Of a DNA stretch of 64,000 nucleotides, positions 14,231 to 26,650 are shown one piece after another. The stretch lies in contig NC_087451.1 in assembly GCF_036321535.1 (NCBI RefSeq), forward strand, positions 19,096,001 through 19,160,000. Direction: 5' to 3'. Source of the DNA: Camelus dromedarius. Lineage: Eukaryota. The notes below the pieces were generated by a model. The model did no database searches and was not told the origin of the DNA. It was given only the letters and a program-made list of their open reading frames with translations. Each line of letters opens with the position of its first letter. The stretch's first letter is position 1. Position numbers and translations under genes: made by a program.

Positions 14231-15544
14231 AAGGTAAGGGTTTACGCCTTGCTAATTCTTACTCAGTCTTAACATGTCAAATCAAACTTACCTTCCTCAA
14301 TGATGCCTTCCCTGACTATCCCCCGACTCTCTGCACCTAACTGGATGGGTTCTTCGTAATGCGATACCCAACCTCCCATTCAAGTGTTACCTACTTGCTT
14401 GCTCCGTGCCTGTCTCTGCAGATTCAGGCTCCCTGAAGCTGCCTGGTCCCTACTGGGCTCCCTGGAGTCCTTTTGAAGGAAGGTTGGTTTTTGCCTGAAG
14501 GAACTGCTTTCTATGGTAACCAGATCATCCCTGTTTGCCTGGCACTGAAAGTCCAGGGTCGCGTGAAATACCTCAGTCCCAGGCAATGTGGATGGATGGT
14601 CACCCTCCTGTTAATGCTCCAGGACAGGCTTGGGGCAGGGCGGGGCTCCCTGCCCAGGCCTGAGTCCTTGTCACGCCCTCAACTCTCCTCAAAGCCTGTG
14701 AACCCCATTCCTCTTGTATCCATGCTCCACCAACCATGGGGGCTTCCTGGTGCCTCCATCACCACCTCAGTCACTTGTCAGGCTCCCAGCTCTGCAAGGG
14801 AAACAGGGTCAGGGAGGCTTGCTCAGCCCCTCTGAGGACTCTCGCTCTCCTGAGACAGCCCAGGCCAAGCCCAGAAGCTGAGCGTCCGAGAGAGGGCAGG
14901 GCTGCGTCCACCAGAGGGGCTTCCATGCCAAGCCGCAGCCTGCCTGGTAGGAGGGTCTCTTCGAGAACTGCCCATGATTCTTGTTCTTAAAGCTTTGTGA
15001 GGAGGTCATTCTTTATCCACTCTGCTAGAAGGATCTCAGGAGAGATTCCTCCATGATACTGATTCTAATACCAAGAGCAGAAGGAGTTTTCCTGAGCGAC
15101 TGCTTGGTTGTTTATCTCAGGGACCCTTAGAACCGTGTCACTGACTGAGTCCCCCCTCCCTGTATCAGCTGCTGGGATGTTCAGGGCAGATCTGCGGCCC
15201 CTCCCCCAATGCGAAGCCATCAGGGCATCACAGTCCCCAGTTTTTAAAATTTCACACATCTTCCCGGCGTGAGATGGTCCCATCTTGCTTTCTCCTTCCT
15301 CCTCCCCCTTCTGTGCTTTATTGAGGTAAAATTACATCTAGTGAAATGCACACATCTTATGCATACAACTGGCCGGGTTTTGACAACTCAAATGTAGACA
15401 CCCACGTACCAACACCCAAATCAAGAGAAACAGCATTGCTACACCGAGAAAGTTCCCTCCCTTTGCGGTCAACTCCTCACCCTGAAACTGTCCTTTCTCT
15501 GCTTTTAATATATTCTCTTGTTTTTCTTTTCTTTTTTTTTCTTT

Positions 15545-15972
15545 ATTTACCAGATTTTATTTTTATTTTTATTTTTTAAACATTTTTTATTGATTTATAA
15601 TCATTTTACAATGTTGTGTCAAATTCCAGTGTAGAGCACACTTTTTCAGTTATACATGAACATGTATATGTTCATTGTCACATTTTTTTCTCTGTGAGCT
15701 ACCATAAGATCTTGTATATATTTCCCTGTGCTGTACAGTATAATCTTGTTTATCTATTCTACATTTTGAAATCCCAGTCTATCCCTTCCCACCCCCCTAT
15801 TCTCTTGTTTTTCATGTATTTATTTTATTTTGGGTTTTTTTTTGGAAGGGGGAGGTAATTAGGTTTTATTTATTTAACATTTATTTATTTATTTTAATGG
15901 AGGTATTGGGGATTGAACCCAGAACCTCGTGCATGCTAAGCATGTGCTCTACCACTGAGCTATCCCCTCCCT
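15545..15972 (-). mobile_element. Young L1 3' end (about 15545-15800) abutting a tRNA-Ala SINE (about 15805-15972)
   Basis: ttttacaatgttgtgtcaaattccagtgtagagc and ttccctgtgctgtacagtataatc are antisense L1 3' UTR; SINE head ends ctgagctatcccctccc. Confidence 0.8.
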
Positions 15973-16939
15973 TGCTTCGTGTATTCTTTTAAATACCTTA
16001 AATCCTCTGCTGGATTGAGAAAGGGCATGAATAATTAGGATATTAAAGTGCTGGAGAAGTCCCAGCGCTGGCTCATTCCCTTACAAAGCTTACCTCTCAA
16101 ATGGGAGAATGACACCCACAGAGCACAGAATGCTGACAGAGCTCGGCTCCCACCATCGGAGACCTTCTGACCACGTGCCGGGTTCCCTGCCAGGCCCTCC
16201 TCCCCTCCCCGTGTCTGGAAGCGCCCCTACCTCTCGCTACCCAGCCTGGGGCTGCTTCCCAGGACACTTCCCTGTGCGTGACACTTGCCTTCATTCCATT
16301 GTCCCTTTCCACCTCTGATGATTATGGACCCTTCAACCCACCCCAAACTTGGTCTTCACAGTTCATTCTACAAACCATTTTTACTACGTTCCTGTCACTG
16401 AGCTGGGTGAGGGGGACACAGAGAGCCAAGAATGTTCTGGCCCTCTGGTAAGTAAGGGGCTTGCTTACCATGTGTAACGTCTTCTCATAGTACAGGTGAC
16501 CTCAAAGGACGAGAATCCCTGTGAACTCACCCACACCAGCCTGAGCTAGGCCCTCCACAGCACCCGGCCACCTGAGGTCCTTGAGTTTATTAAGGCATTT
16601 ATGTTTGCTATATGCCACTCACGGTTCTAGCCACTTAGGACACATCAGTAATTTAAAGTGTGAGGTCCCCTGCCCTTGGGGAGCTTCCATTGTAATGGGA
16701 GAAAACACATAATAAATGGAAGAAATAAGTAAACCATGTAGTATGTGAGAAAGTGGCCATTGCTATGGCAAAAGGGAAAAGGACAGGATGGGGCATCAGG
16801 AATCTGGGGCTGGGGACAGATGTGGGATTAAGTGAGGTGGTCAGGGAGGGCTTCATTGAGCAAGAGAGATTTGGGCAAAGATTTGAAAGAGGTGAGGCAG
16901 GGAGGCCGGGTGGGTATCTAAGGAAAGTCTGTTCTAGGC

Positions 16940-17110
16940 CAGTGGTTCTCAGTCCGTGGTGACTTCTGCCTCTTACCCAAGGAACTTTTGCCAACATTGT
17001 TGTCACAACTGCGTGTATGTGGGGGTGCTACTGGCACCCAGAAGGGAGAAGCTGTAAACATCCTACAACACACAGGACAGCCCCACAACAGAATTAGCCA
17101 GCCAAAGAGA
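16940..17110. mobile_element. MER20-like hAT DNA transposon fragment
   Basis: Terminal cagtggttctca; ttgtcacaact...gggggtgctactggca...aaacatcctacaa...caggacagcccc. Confidence 0.75.
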
Positions 17111-18639
17111 AATTGGTCCAGTAGCAGGAATAGCCAGTGCAAAGGCCCTGTGGCAGAAGCATGCCTGGTGCTTGTAGAACTGCTTGGAGCCCACATGGCT
17201 GGAGGGAGGAAATAGGAGCCAAGGTTGGAGGGGGAAGGGCAGGGAGGCCAGTGATGTGAGGATCCATTGCAAGGTTTGAGGTGGAGGAGTGATGTCATCT
17301 CACTGTTTTAGAGGCTCCGTCAGGCTGCTGTGCTGGAAACAGGCTGCAGGATGGCAGTGTCTGAGTAGAAGCAGGAGCAGGACCAAGGCAGTGACCCCGA
17401 GAGCCAGTCGGCCTCCTGTTCAGACTTTCTCCTCTTTCCTTAAGGCTCTGACCCCCAGCCTTCCCCTTTGCTCTCAGCCAAGGACCTCATCTCAGTCCTC
17501 AGAGCCAAAGCAGCAGCTGTGAGATGGGACTGCTCACCCCTTGCCACTACACCTGGAACCCTGATGGCAGCTCCCCTACCCCGACCCTCCCATAGGCCAA
17601 GCCCCAGGTGAGAACCCAGGATCCCCCACCAGCCATTCCCTTCACTGCGCAGACGCGCTCCGGTGTCTCCCAGGTGAGAAACCAACCAACCCACCCCAGT
17701 GGCAGACCGGTCCTTCAACACAGGAGACTCTGAAAGGGGGTCACCAACTGGTGCCAACCTTCTGAACTGTTGAATTCCTTTGTTATGAAAGATCCTAGGA
17801 ATTCCCTCCACCTCACAGTGTGACATCTTCTTGCCCTGAGCCCGCATTCCTCTTTCAATAGAACAGAAGGGGAGAATGGAAAATATTTAACAAAAATGAC
17901 TAAATCTACTAAAAAAAAAAACCCTCCCACTGGCCCTGGAGCCCCCCTTCAGCTACCGTCCCCCACCCCTCCCTGAGCACTTTGGGATCAAACCTCACCT
18001 TCACCCACTGCAGACTGGTTTCTGCTTCCCCAGCTCCATCAAGCCTGTTCTAACCTCCTGGTTGTTAAATCCGCACAGCCAACCCCTCCCTGCTCCCTGA
18101 TACCCTGTCCTCTCCTCCTGTCCGGCTGGCTGCGCCTCTTCCAGTCTTCTGAAGTTCCTCAGGGTTCAGCCAGACTCCACTTCTCCTCTCTCCTTGCTTT
18201 CTCTCCCTGGATGAGCCCCTCCCACAACTTTAAATTTTGTTTAAAATATCATGTATAGCCTCCGCCTGGCTCCAACCTCAAACATCCAAGTGCCAGGCAG
18301 ACTTCTCTGCTTGGGCATCTCACAGGCACTTGACCCTAACACACTCAGAGTGGAACTCCTTGTCTCAAACCTGTTCCTCCCTGGAGGTCCCCATCCCAAT
18401 GTATGGTACCCACATCCACCCAGCTGCTCGAGCCAGTTTTGCTGCCCTTTGTTCCTCCTCTCCTTTGGGATTATTTCCAAGTCGTGTTGCTATTCTGTGT
18501 CATGAATATGTCTCAAGGTCGTCCACATCTCTCCATCTCCACCGCCTCCTCCTCCTCCTTAACTGCCATCATTCTTCTCCTGGAGCCTCCAGCCAGGCTC
18601 CCTGCCTCCTCCGTGGCTCCCTCCAGTTTTTCCATGTGA

Positions 18640-19085
18640 TCTTTCTCAGTGGAGACCCTAAAGCCAAAAGTTCAATTTCCCAGCATCCCTTGCAGCTGAT
18701 GGGGGCACATGACCCAGGCTGATCCAGAAGGACCACTGCCCTTCTCAGACTTTGGTTCGAGGCCAAACAAAGCAACAACAAGTACATCCAGCCCGGGGCC
18801 AGCAGCGGCCTCCAGCGTCCAGGGCCAGTGATGCTGGTGGTCCTGGCTGTGTGTCTGTGTCCTGCAGGGCCTGTGGCACGCATGTCCTCTCCAGGCCAGA
18901 CCTGCAGTGAGCTCTGGTCCCTGTCCACACTGTGGTTGCCTTGACCCGGCTTGTTTCCTGAGCCTGACTCTCCAGCCTTCCTAGTGATTCTGGGAGCTCC
19001 CTCTGGCCTTCTGATAAACTCCTTTTCTGCTTATAAACACCAGGAATGCTTTTTATTGCTTTCAGCTAAAAACTCTAATGGCTCA
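18640..19085. mobile_element. Old MaLR (MLT1-type) LTR
   Basis: tttcccagcatcccttgcagct...catgacccaggct and 3' ttgcttcagctaaaactct motifs. Confidence 0.55.
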
Positions 19086-20676
19086 GTCATAGACAAAGAC
19101 TTGAGACAGAGGTGGGAGCTCTGCTTAAGTCCTGCTTGTCTGAGGGTCCTACATGAGCTTCAGGCCCAGGCTCTGCCTGGGGGACTCGTCCAGCAGAGCC
19201 TGAGCAGGACTCTGAAGTGGTGGGGGCAGAGGCTGAGAACGCCCTACCCAGAGCAAGGTCCCAGACCAGCAGCAGAGGCATCCCCTGAAATGCAAGTTCT
19301 CCTTCCCGGACCTACAGGATCCGAAACACTGGTGATGGGGCCCAGCAACTGATGCTTTAACAAGCCCTCAAGGTGACTCAGATGTCCCTTAAAGTTTGCC
19401 CTAGAGCTTCAGGGAGGAGCCATGTGCAGCAGGAAAAGCAACAGACAGAAACTAGAGACCCAGCTCTAGCCCTGGACTAGTTGACTTCATCCTCATTTGC
19501 CTGACTTCTCTGAGTCTAGTTTTCTTTCATCTATAAAACAAGGCTCATTCTAGCACCACAGGGCTTTTTCTGATGACTAAATTAAATAACACTGTATACA
19601 TGCAATGCCAAGAGCGGGCCTGGCACACAGGAGAGGCCCAGTAAATGGCAGTCATCACTGTTCAGACTGGTTGTGATCAGTCCTCTTAGTGGACAGCTGT
19701 GCAAACTTGGGCACGGCCCCAAGTGTCTCAACCTCATGTGTTTTGTTTTTTTTTTCTCTCTGTAACATGCAGATAACAACCCTCCCCTCCCAGGCTTGTT
19801 TGGCGAATCAAGGAAGATAAAATATGAAAGCAATGTTTTATCTAAACTAAAACACGAACCTAGTAAAACACAAAGGAAGACACAAAAGTCTGAAAATATG
19901 CAGCCTAAGATGGGATGGGCTCACCCGTGGGCTTCTCGTCCGGCCTGGGCTCCGACTGTGGGCAGGGACTGCACTGGGCCGTGGGGATCCAGCAATGAGC
20001 TGGGAGATATATTTTTTGCCCTTGAAATCACTCATAGTTGAACTTTCAACTCATTCAGACCAGAGTAGACCGCTGCTCATATTTCTCCAGTGAAACATTT
20101 ACATAGAGTGGTATATACATATATATACACAGGTATATTTACATATATATTCATACATATCTAACTATAAATTCTCTCTCTATATATATAAAACATAAAA
20201 CTTTGTCTCTATATGTGTGTGTGTGTGTGTGTATAATTATATAAATTTGAATTAGATTTAAGCTGAGGTAAGTTTTGAAAATGCACATTTGAAAAATGTG
20301 TTGATAATTCCTTCCTCACTGTATTCATTTATTGACTAGGGGAGACATGCCTGCGGGCAGGATAGTTTATGGCAACAATTCTGTCTCACTGCAGACCCTC
20401 AGATACCCAGTTCCCTTTCTGCCTGGGAAACCGCTGGTACCAGTTTCTCGTGTCTCCTTCCAGAAACATAAGCTGTGTGTATACAAGTTATATGTGTGTG
20501 TGTCTCTGTGTGTCTCTGTGTACATGTGTGCTTTACACTTTTGCTCTTTTAACTTAACAATATGTAATAGAGCTCGTTTCTTAAATGGCTGCATGTGTGC
20601 ATTAGCTATTGTCCACAATTTTTCTGCCACAAGCAATTATATGATGACAAAGTATACTGCTTTAAAGTACACCGTG

Positions 20677-20806
20677 GTAGGAGGAGGCTATAGCTCAGTG
20701 GTAGAGCACATGCTTAGCATGCACGAGGTTCTGGGTTCAATCCCCAGTACCTCCTCTAAGAATAAATGTAAGTAAACCTGTTTACCTCCCCCCACCAAAA
20801 ATAAAA
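20677..20806 (+). mobile_element. tRNA-Ala-derived SINE
   Basis: ctatagctcagtggtagagcacatgcttagcatgcacgaggttctgggttcaatccccagtacctcc followed by the family tail aataaa...taaacct.ttacctccccccaccaaaa. Confidence 0.9.
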
Positions 20807-22449
20807 GTATGCCATGAGGTGACCCCAACTCTCCACTCGAGCAGAATCTGACCACCCCATCCCCAGCCAGGCCTGATTTCTTTTCAGCCTGCTTTCCCAT
20901 TTGAGACCCAGATTGCTGGGTGGCCCATCCAAGGCCTTACTAGTGGAGACTAGGATCCAGGTTTCCCATTTCCCAACCCACCTCCAGCCAAGGGGTTAAT
21001 GGCACTTGGCAGACACGATGAAGGTATTTTTTTTTTTTTATTGATTTGTGTCTTCCCAAAAGGGTCTGAGGCGGCTGCCATTAGGTATCAGGACCTGATG
21101 TTTGCTTTTTCCGTCTCTCCTGCTTGGAGTGAGGCCATATGGCCTGACCCATCACAGCCAAGCTAGAACTGAGTCAACCTGCAGCTCAGGACCAAGGTTG
21201 AGGCAGGTGCTAAAAGGCCAGGGCCCAGATTAGATCAATCATATTAGCTGTCAGGTCAAGCACTATGTTGCCAACGTAGCCAAGTCTGAGCTTCAGGCCA
21301 GTGGGGTCCAGTGCACACCCGACCCGGGACTCTGGCCCCCTCCTGACATCCAGTATCGTTTGCACTGAGTCTAACTTTACGGTAGATGTGAAACGGACGG
21401 AGAGCTGAAGATAAAAGTAAAAACCTTGTGACCCAGGAAACTGAAATAGAGAAGGTACAAAAGCAAAGAAGCAGATGCCAGTCAAGCTAATGACTGCCCG
21501 CCTAACCCTGGAGTGCTGATCCCTCTTCTCACCAGTCCTACCCAGTCTTCAAGGCCAGGTCCTCTTTCCCCTCCTCTGGGGAGTAATGGAACACAGGGGG
21601 AAAGAGGAAGTCACTTTGGAGACCCAGGTTTAAATTCTGCTCCTTTCACTTCCTGGCAAAATCATTCATTCTTTCATGCAACAAATATTTCTGGAGCACA
21701 TTTATTACTGTGTGAGGCATAAGCCAAGTTCCAGGAACAAACATAAATAAATCACAGCCCCTGCACCCATGGAGATGACAACAGGGAGTCAGATGAGTAA
21801 ACAGACAATGACCCGAGGGACAGTGGCACGATCAGGTGAGCACAGGCAGCTGGAACACAGAGGGAGGCCCTCATCCGGCAGAGGACGCGTAGGGAACCTG
21901 AAAGGTCCAGGCAGAATCCTTTGGAGAATTCCCTGGGACCAATCAGGAAAAAGTCACCATTCATTCAACAAAAATATAAAGTGCCTACTGTGTGCCCCGC
22001 ACTCATCAGAGCACTGGAGACACAGTGGTCCACAGCACAGACTCATGGGACTTCACACTCCAGTGAGGGGACAGACAAGAAATACAAATTCTGTAAGTGC
22101 AATGATGGAAACAGTGTTGAGATTAAGAGTCACGTTGCGGATGGGGAGGGGATACAGATGTGGGAGGGAAGATGAGGAAGAATCTCGTGGTGTTGGACCA
22201 GAATTAAAGTTATCATATGAATTTATTCTATAATATTTATAGATCCTATCTGTGTCTGATAAAGGGTCTAGAAGCAGTGGTATTTCCAGAATATCCAGTG
22301 AGTTTACCTTGTGCTTAGATCTTGTTTCTAATACACCTCTCTGTGCTGGGAAACAGAGTTCCTTGATGAATAGGCTGCTGGTCCCAGGGCTGGTGCAGAG
22401 GAAGTACAAGGTGTGCCTGGAGCATCTTACTGTGTTAGAACTGAGCACA

Positions 22450-22580
22450 GGAGAAGGAGGGAAAAGGAGGAGGAGAAATGAGGGAGGAAAGGGAAGGGAA
22501 AGAGGAAGAAGGGAAGAAAGGGAAAAGAGGAAGGAGAAGAGGAAAAGAAGGAGGAGGAAGACAAGAAGGAAGAGCTCAAA
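22450..22580 (+). repeat. Polypurine (GA-rich) low-complexity tract
   Basis: About 130 nt composed almost only of A and G. Confidence 0.9.
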
Positions 22581-22744
22581 AACTGATGAGGATACAGGAA
22601 TCAAAAGGAAAAATCTCCCACTGGATGAATCCGAAACAGAATAAATATTATTATGGATAATGACTTAATAGATTATAAAACATTAAAAAATACATGAGTA
22701 ATGAATGCACAGTTAGACTAAAATAAAACCAAATAATATGTCCA

Positions 22745-23190
22745 AGTCTATTTCTGCTTTGTAAATAAGTTCCTTTGCATCATCTTTTTAGATTCCACAG
22801 AGAAGTGATATCATATGTTATTTGCCTCTGTCTGACTTTCTTCACTTAGTATGATAATCTCTAGGTCCATCCACATTGCTGCAAATGACATTATTTCACT
22901 CTTTTTTTTTATGGCTGGTAACAAACTCATGGTTACCAAAGAGGAAAGTGTGGGGAGGGATAAATTAGAGTTTGGGATTAACAGATACACACTGCTATGT
23001 ATAAAATAGATAAACAACAAGGACCTACTGTAGAGCATAGGAAACTATATTCAATATCTTGTAATAACCTATAATGGAAAAGAATTTGAAAAAGAACATA
23101 TATATTATATGTATGTATATAAACTGATCACGTTGCTGTACACCTGAAACTAACACAACATTGTAAATCAACTATTACTTCAATTAAAAA
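22745..23190. mobile_element. 5'-inverted L1 3' fragment (minus about 22745-22917, plus about 22918-23190)
   Basis: Antisense ORF2 C-terminus (AIKKKSEIMSFAAMWMDLEIIILSE) directly joined to a sense 3' UTR ending caattaaaaaataataa. Confidence 0.8.
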
Positions 23191-23673
23191 ATAATAAGTG
23201 CCAAAGAAGAGAAATTACAGTAGCCTGTAATTAATAAGTGCAGAGGGAGAATTAGAAAACTGTGCTTTGAAACCAAAATAGTAATAATTGATTCTTGCAA
23301 GAGAATTTCAGTGAAAGTTAATAGTGAAAGTTTATTGGAGCACAGGACGTTTAGAGAATCTCAAATGCCTTTCCACAGATGATTTGTTCATTACAAAGAT
23401 GATAAAGGTAACTTTAGAGTGGAGAAGTCTGGCACACATGTGACCTTGACCAAGGGATCAAAGTTAACATCACCAGAAACAGAATGAGTTATGTCCTGTG
23501 CCTCCTGATATGAGGCACTAAGAAAGACACAGCAGCACTTTTTATGGCTTTCCTGCGAAAAATGTGCAAACTGATTTATTTTTTATTGTATTTATTTATT
23601 TTTGCAATCTGATTTATTTATAAGAAAAAAAGTAAGGGACATTCTGTGATTTTCGTAATTTATAAATAACAAA

Positions 23674-24703
23674 TGTATATTTTGTCTTTGTCCCTATTTC
23701 TGGCACAGAGCTCCTAAAACCCTTGGAATTTCCCAATCGATAAGAGCAATGGGAATCTTTTGTTTTATTTTTTAATAAAGTTTGTTTTTTCGGTTTTTAT
23801 TTATTTGTCTTATTTTGGGGGAGGTAATTAGGTTTATCTATTTAGTTATTTTAGTGGAGGTACTGGGGATGGAACCCGGAACCTCATGCATGCTAAGTAC
23901 ACACTCTACCACTGAGCTGTATCCTGCCCTCTGGGAGTGTTTTGCTTTAGTATTTGGTCTTTTGTCTTTGGTTCCTGAAATGGTACCAGGGCCATAAACG
24001 TGAGAGGAGTGTCTTGTGTCACAACAAGTGTCGTAACAAGCTTCTTTCAACCACACCTGAGTTTATGTTAATGGGGTGACTTTTGGAAAGCGCCTAAGGA
24101 TGGGGGCTGGTTGCCAAGGGAACCAACTCTGTGATTAGAGGATTAGAACTATCAATCTCAAACTTCCAGGGAGGGAAGAGAGGCTAGAGATTGCGCTCAT
24201 TCACTAACGGCTGATGATTTAATCAATCCTGCGTACATAGTAGAGTCTCCTTAAAACCCTAAAAGGACCGGGTTTGGAGAGTTTCTGGGTTGATGAACAT
24301 GTGGAGATGCCGGGAGTTGCCGGGAGGGTGGCATGCCCCTTCCCACATACCCTGCCCTGTGCATCTCTTTCATCCAGCTGTTCCCGAGTTGTATCTTTTT
24401 GTAATAAACTGGTAATCTAGTAAGTAAACTGTTTTCTTAAATTCTGTGAGCCTCTCTAGCAAATTAATGCATCCTAAGGAAGAAGTGTTGGGAACTCCTG
24501 ATTCACAGCTGGTTGGTTAGAAGCACAGGTGACAACCTGGATGCTCCCTTGGTGTCTGAAACATGTAGGAAGGGACAGTCTTATAGGACTGAGCCCTTCA
24601 TCTGTGGGATCGGACACTATCTCCAGGTAGACAGTGCTGGAACTGAGTTAAATCGTTGGACAGTCAGGTGTTGTCGCAGAAATAACCCACACATCTGGTG
24701 TCA
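23674..24703 (+). mobile_element. MER21-type ERVL solo LTR with a nested antisense SINE (about 23770-23930)
   Basis: Starts tgt...tttgtccctatttctggcacagagctcctaaaacccttggaatttcc; internal aataaac; ends tggtgtca. Confidence 0.75.
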
Positions 24704-25879
24704 GAAGTAAAGTAGTGTTGTAGGAGTAAAGGAGACATGCAGCAGGAAGTGGGGTTTTTTGGCACCTTCTCTAAAACAACTGGCCTGGAGGGTGGCAATG
24801 AACAGCCAGTCCTCACCTCGCCTTGGTACCAACTCATTCCAATTTGCCTGAGACTGTCCCAGTTTTAGCATCAAAAGTCCTCAGTCCTGGGAAATTTCTC
24901 AGTCCCAGGCAAACCAGAATGGTTACTGTCCACTCCCAGGCTGCTCCCACCCAAAAATATTCACTGGTCACTGCCAGCCCAGGAGGTGGATGATATTTAT
25001 TCCTTCAACAAGCTTTTGCTGACACTGGAAATGCGTCCAGCAAAGCAGACTCAGTCCCCACCCTTACAGACCATGTGAAATTCCTTCTTTGCATTGAAGT
25101 GGTATTAATCAAACAGGGCCTCTAAAACAAAACAAAACAGAATAAACCCCTTATTTCCCCATTATAATGGAAGAAAATTTGAGAAGAAAAGCGTAAAAAG
25201 GCAGAGAAAAAAATCACACTGGCAAATTTCCTTTCAGTATTTTTCCTACACATTTCCCAAGTCACTTCCGATCAGCGTCCAAAAAAACGCAAGTTAATTT
25301 TAATTTTGGCTGCAAACCAAGAACAAAAAGGTTAAGTGTATTGAATTAATTTTTCAAGCCAAAGTTAAAGGCTCTAAAGATGATCTGCTGTCTCCAAGGG
25401 TCCAATCCCTGTTTTTTTCCATTAGCAGGTGTGATCGCAGGCCTGGCTGAGGCGGGTAATGACTTTCCCTCCTCAGCAAGGCTTCCTGCTTTGCAGTTTT
25501 TTGCTTTTTACAAATTAAAACGCTGCGTTCACTTGATAACGAATCAAGTAGAACAGAGGAGATTACCATGAAAAGCAACAGTGCCTCACCCCTTCCCATC
25601 CTGTCCCACCCCACCCCACTCCAGTGACCTAGAGGCAACTCCTTTCAACGGTTTCTGTTTTTATTTCTTCTAGAAGTTATTTCCAAAATCATAGCTCAAA
25701 TGTCCATACTTTCTTTCTTTATATATCAACTTTAGTGAATGTTGACTTTCCAACATAGAACAAGAGGCACTTAACTCAGTTACATTCCCTCTCTCTCCTC
25801 TTCCCAGTGATGACTATTTATATTATTTTTGTTTGTTTTTAGATTATTTTGGTTCTGTGTAGTTTGGGGTTTTTTCCCT

Positions 25880-26650
25880 TTTAAGTTTTTTTAATTGAAG
25901 TATAGTCAGTTTACAATGTTGTGTTAATTTCTGGTGTACAGTATAGTGATTCATATATATATATATATATATTCCTTTTCATATTTTTTTGACTATAGGC
26001 TATTACAAAGTATTGAATATAGTTCCCTGTGCTACACAGTAGGTCCTCACTGTTTATCCATCTTATATATAGTAGTACCTGCAAATCCCAAATTCCCAAT
26101 TTATCCCGCCATCCCCTCCTTCTCTCTCTAGTAACCACAAGTTTGTTTTCTATGTCTGTGAGTCTGTTTCTGTTCTGTAAATAAGTTTATTTGTCTCATT
26201 TTTAAGATTCTACATGTAAGTAATATCATATGGTATTTTTTTTCTTTCTAGCTTACTTTNNNNNNNNNNNNNNNNNNNNNNNNNNNNNNNNNNNNNNNNN
26301 NNNNNNNNNNNNNNNNNNNNNNNNNNNNNNNNNNNNNNNNNNNNNNNNNNNNNNNNNNNNNNNNNNNNNNNNNNNNNNNNNNNNNNNNNNNNNNNNNNNN
26401 NNNNNNNNNNNNNNNNNNNNNNNNNNNNNNNNNNNNNNNNNNNNNNGTGCATGTATCTTTTTGAATTAGAGTTCCCCCTTGATATATGCCCAGGAGTGGG
26501 GTCCTAGATCATATGATNNNNNNNNNNNNNNNNNNNNNNNNNNNNNNNNNNNNNNNNNNNNNNNNNNNNNNNNNNNNNNNNNNNNNNNNNNNNNNNNNNN
26601 NNNNNNNNNNNNNNNNNNNNNNNNNNNNNNNNNNNNNNNNNNNNNNNNNN
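25880..26650 (-). mobile_element. L1 3' end, antisense, partly masked
   Basis: ttttttaattgaagtatagtcagtttacaatgttgtg; gttccctgtgctacacagtaggtcc; gatatatgcccaggagtggg. Confidence 0.85.

Noticed and set aside
20677-20760. tRNA-Ala(AGC)-like sequences, here and at about 4250, 7850, 11780, 15900, 23870, 29000 and 40530
   Set aside because: Each is mismatched in stems and attached to a SINE tail, poly-A and often a TSD, so they are SINE heads rather than tRNA genes
22053-22644. 183-aa hydrophobic and 130-aa basic ORFs
   Set aside because: Translations of the polypurine tract
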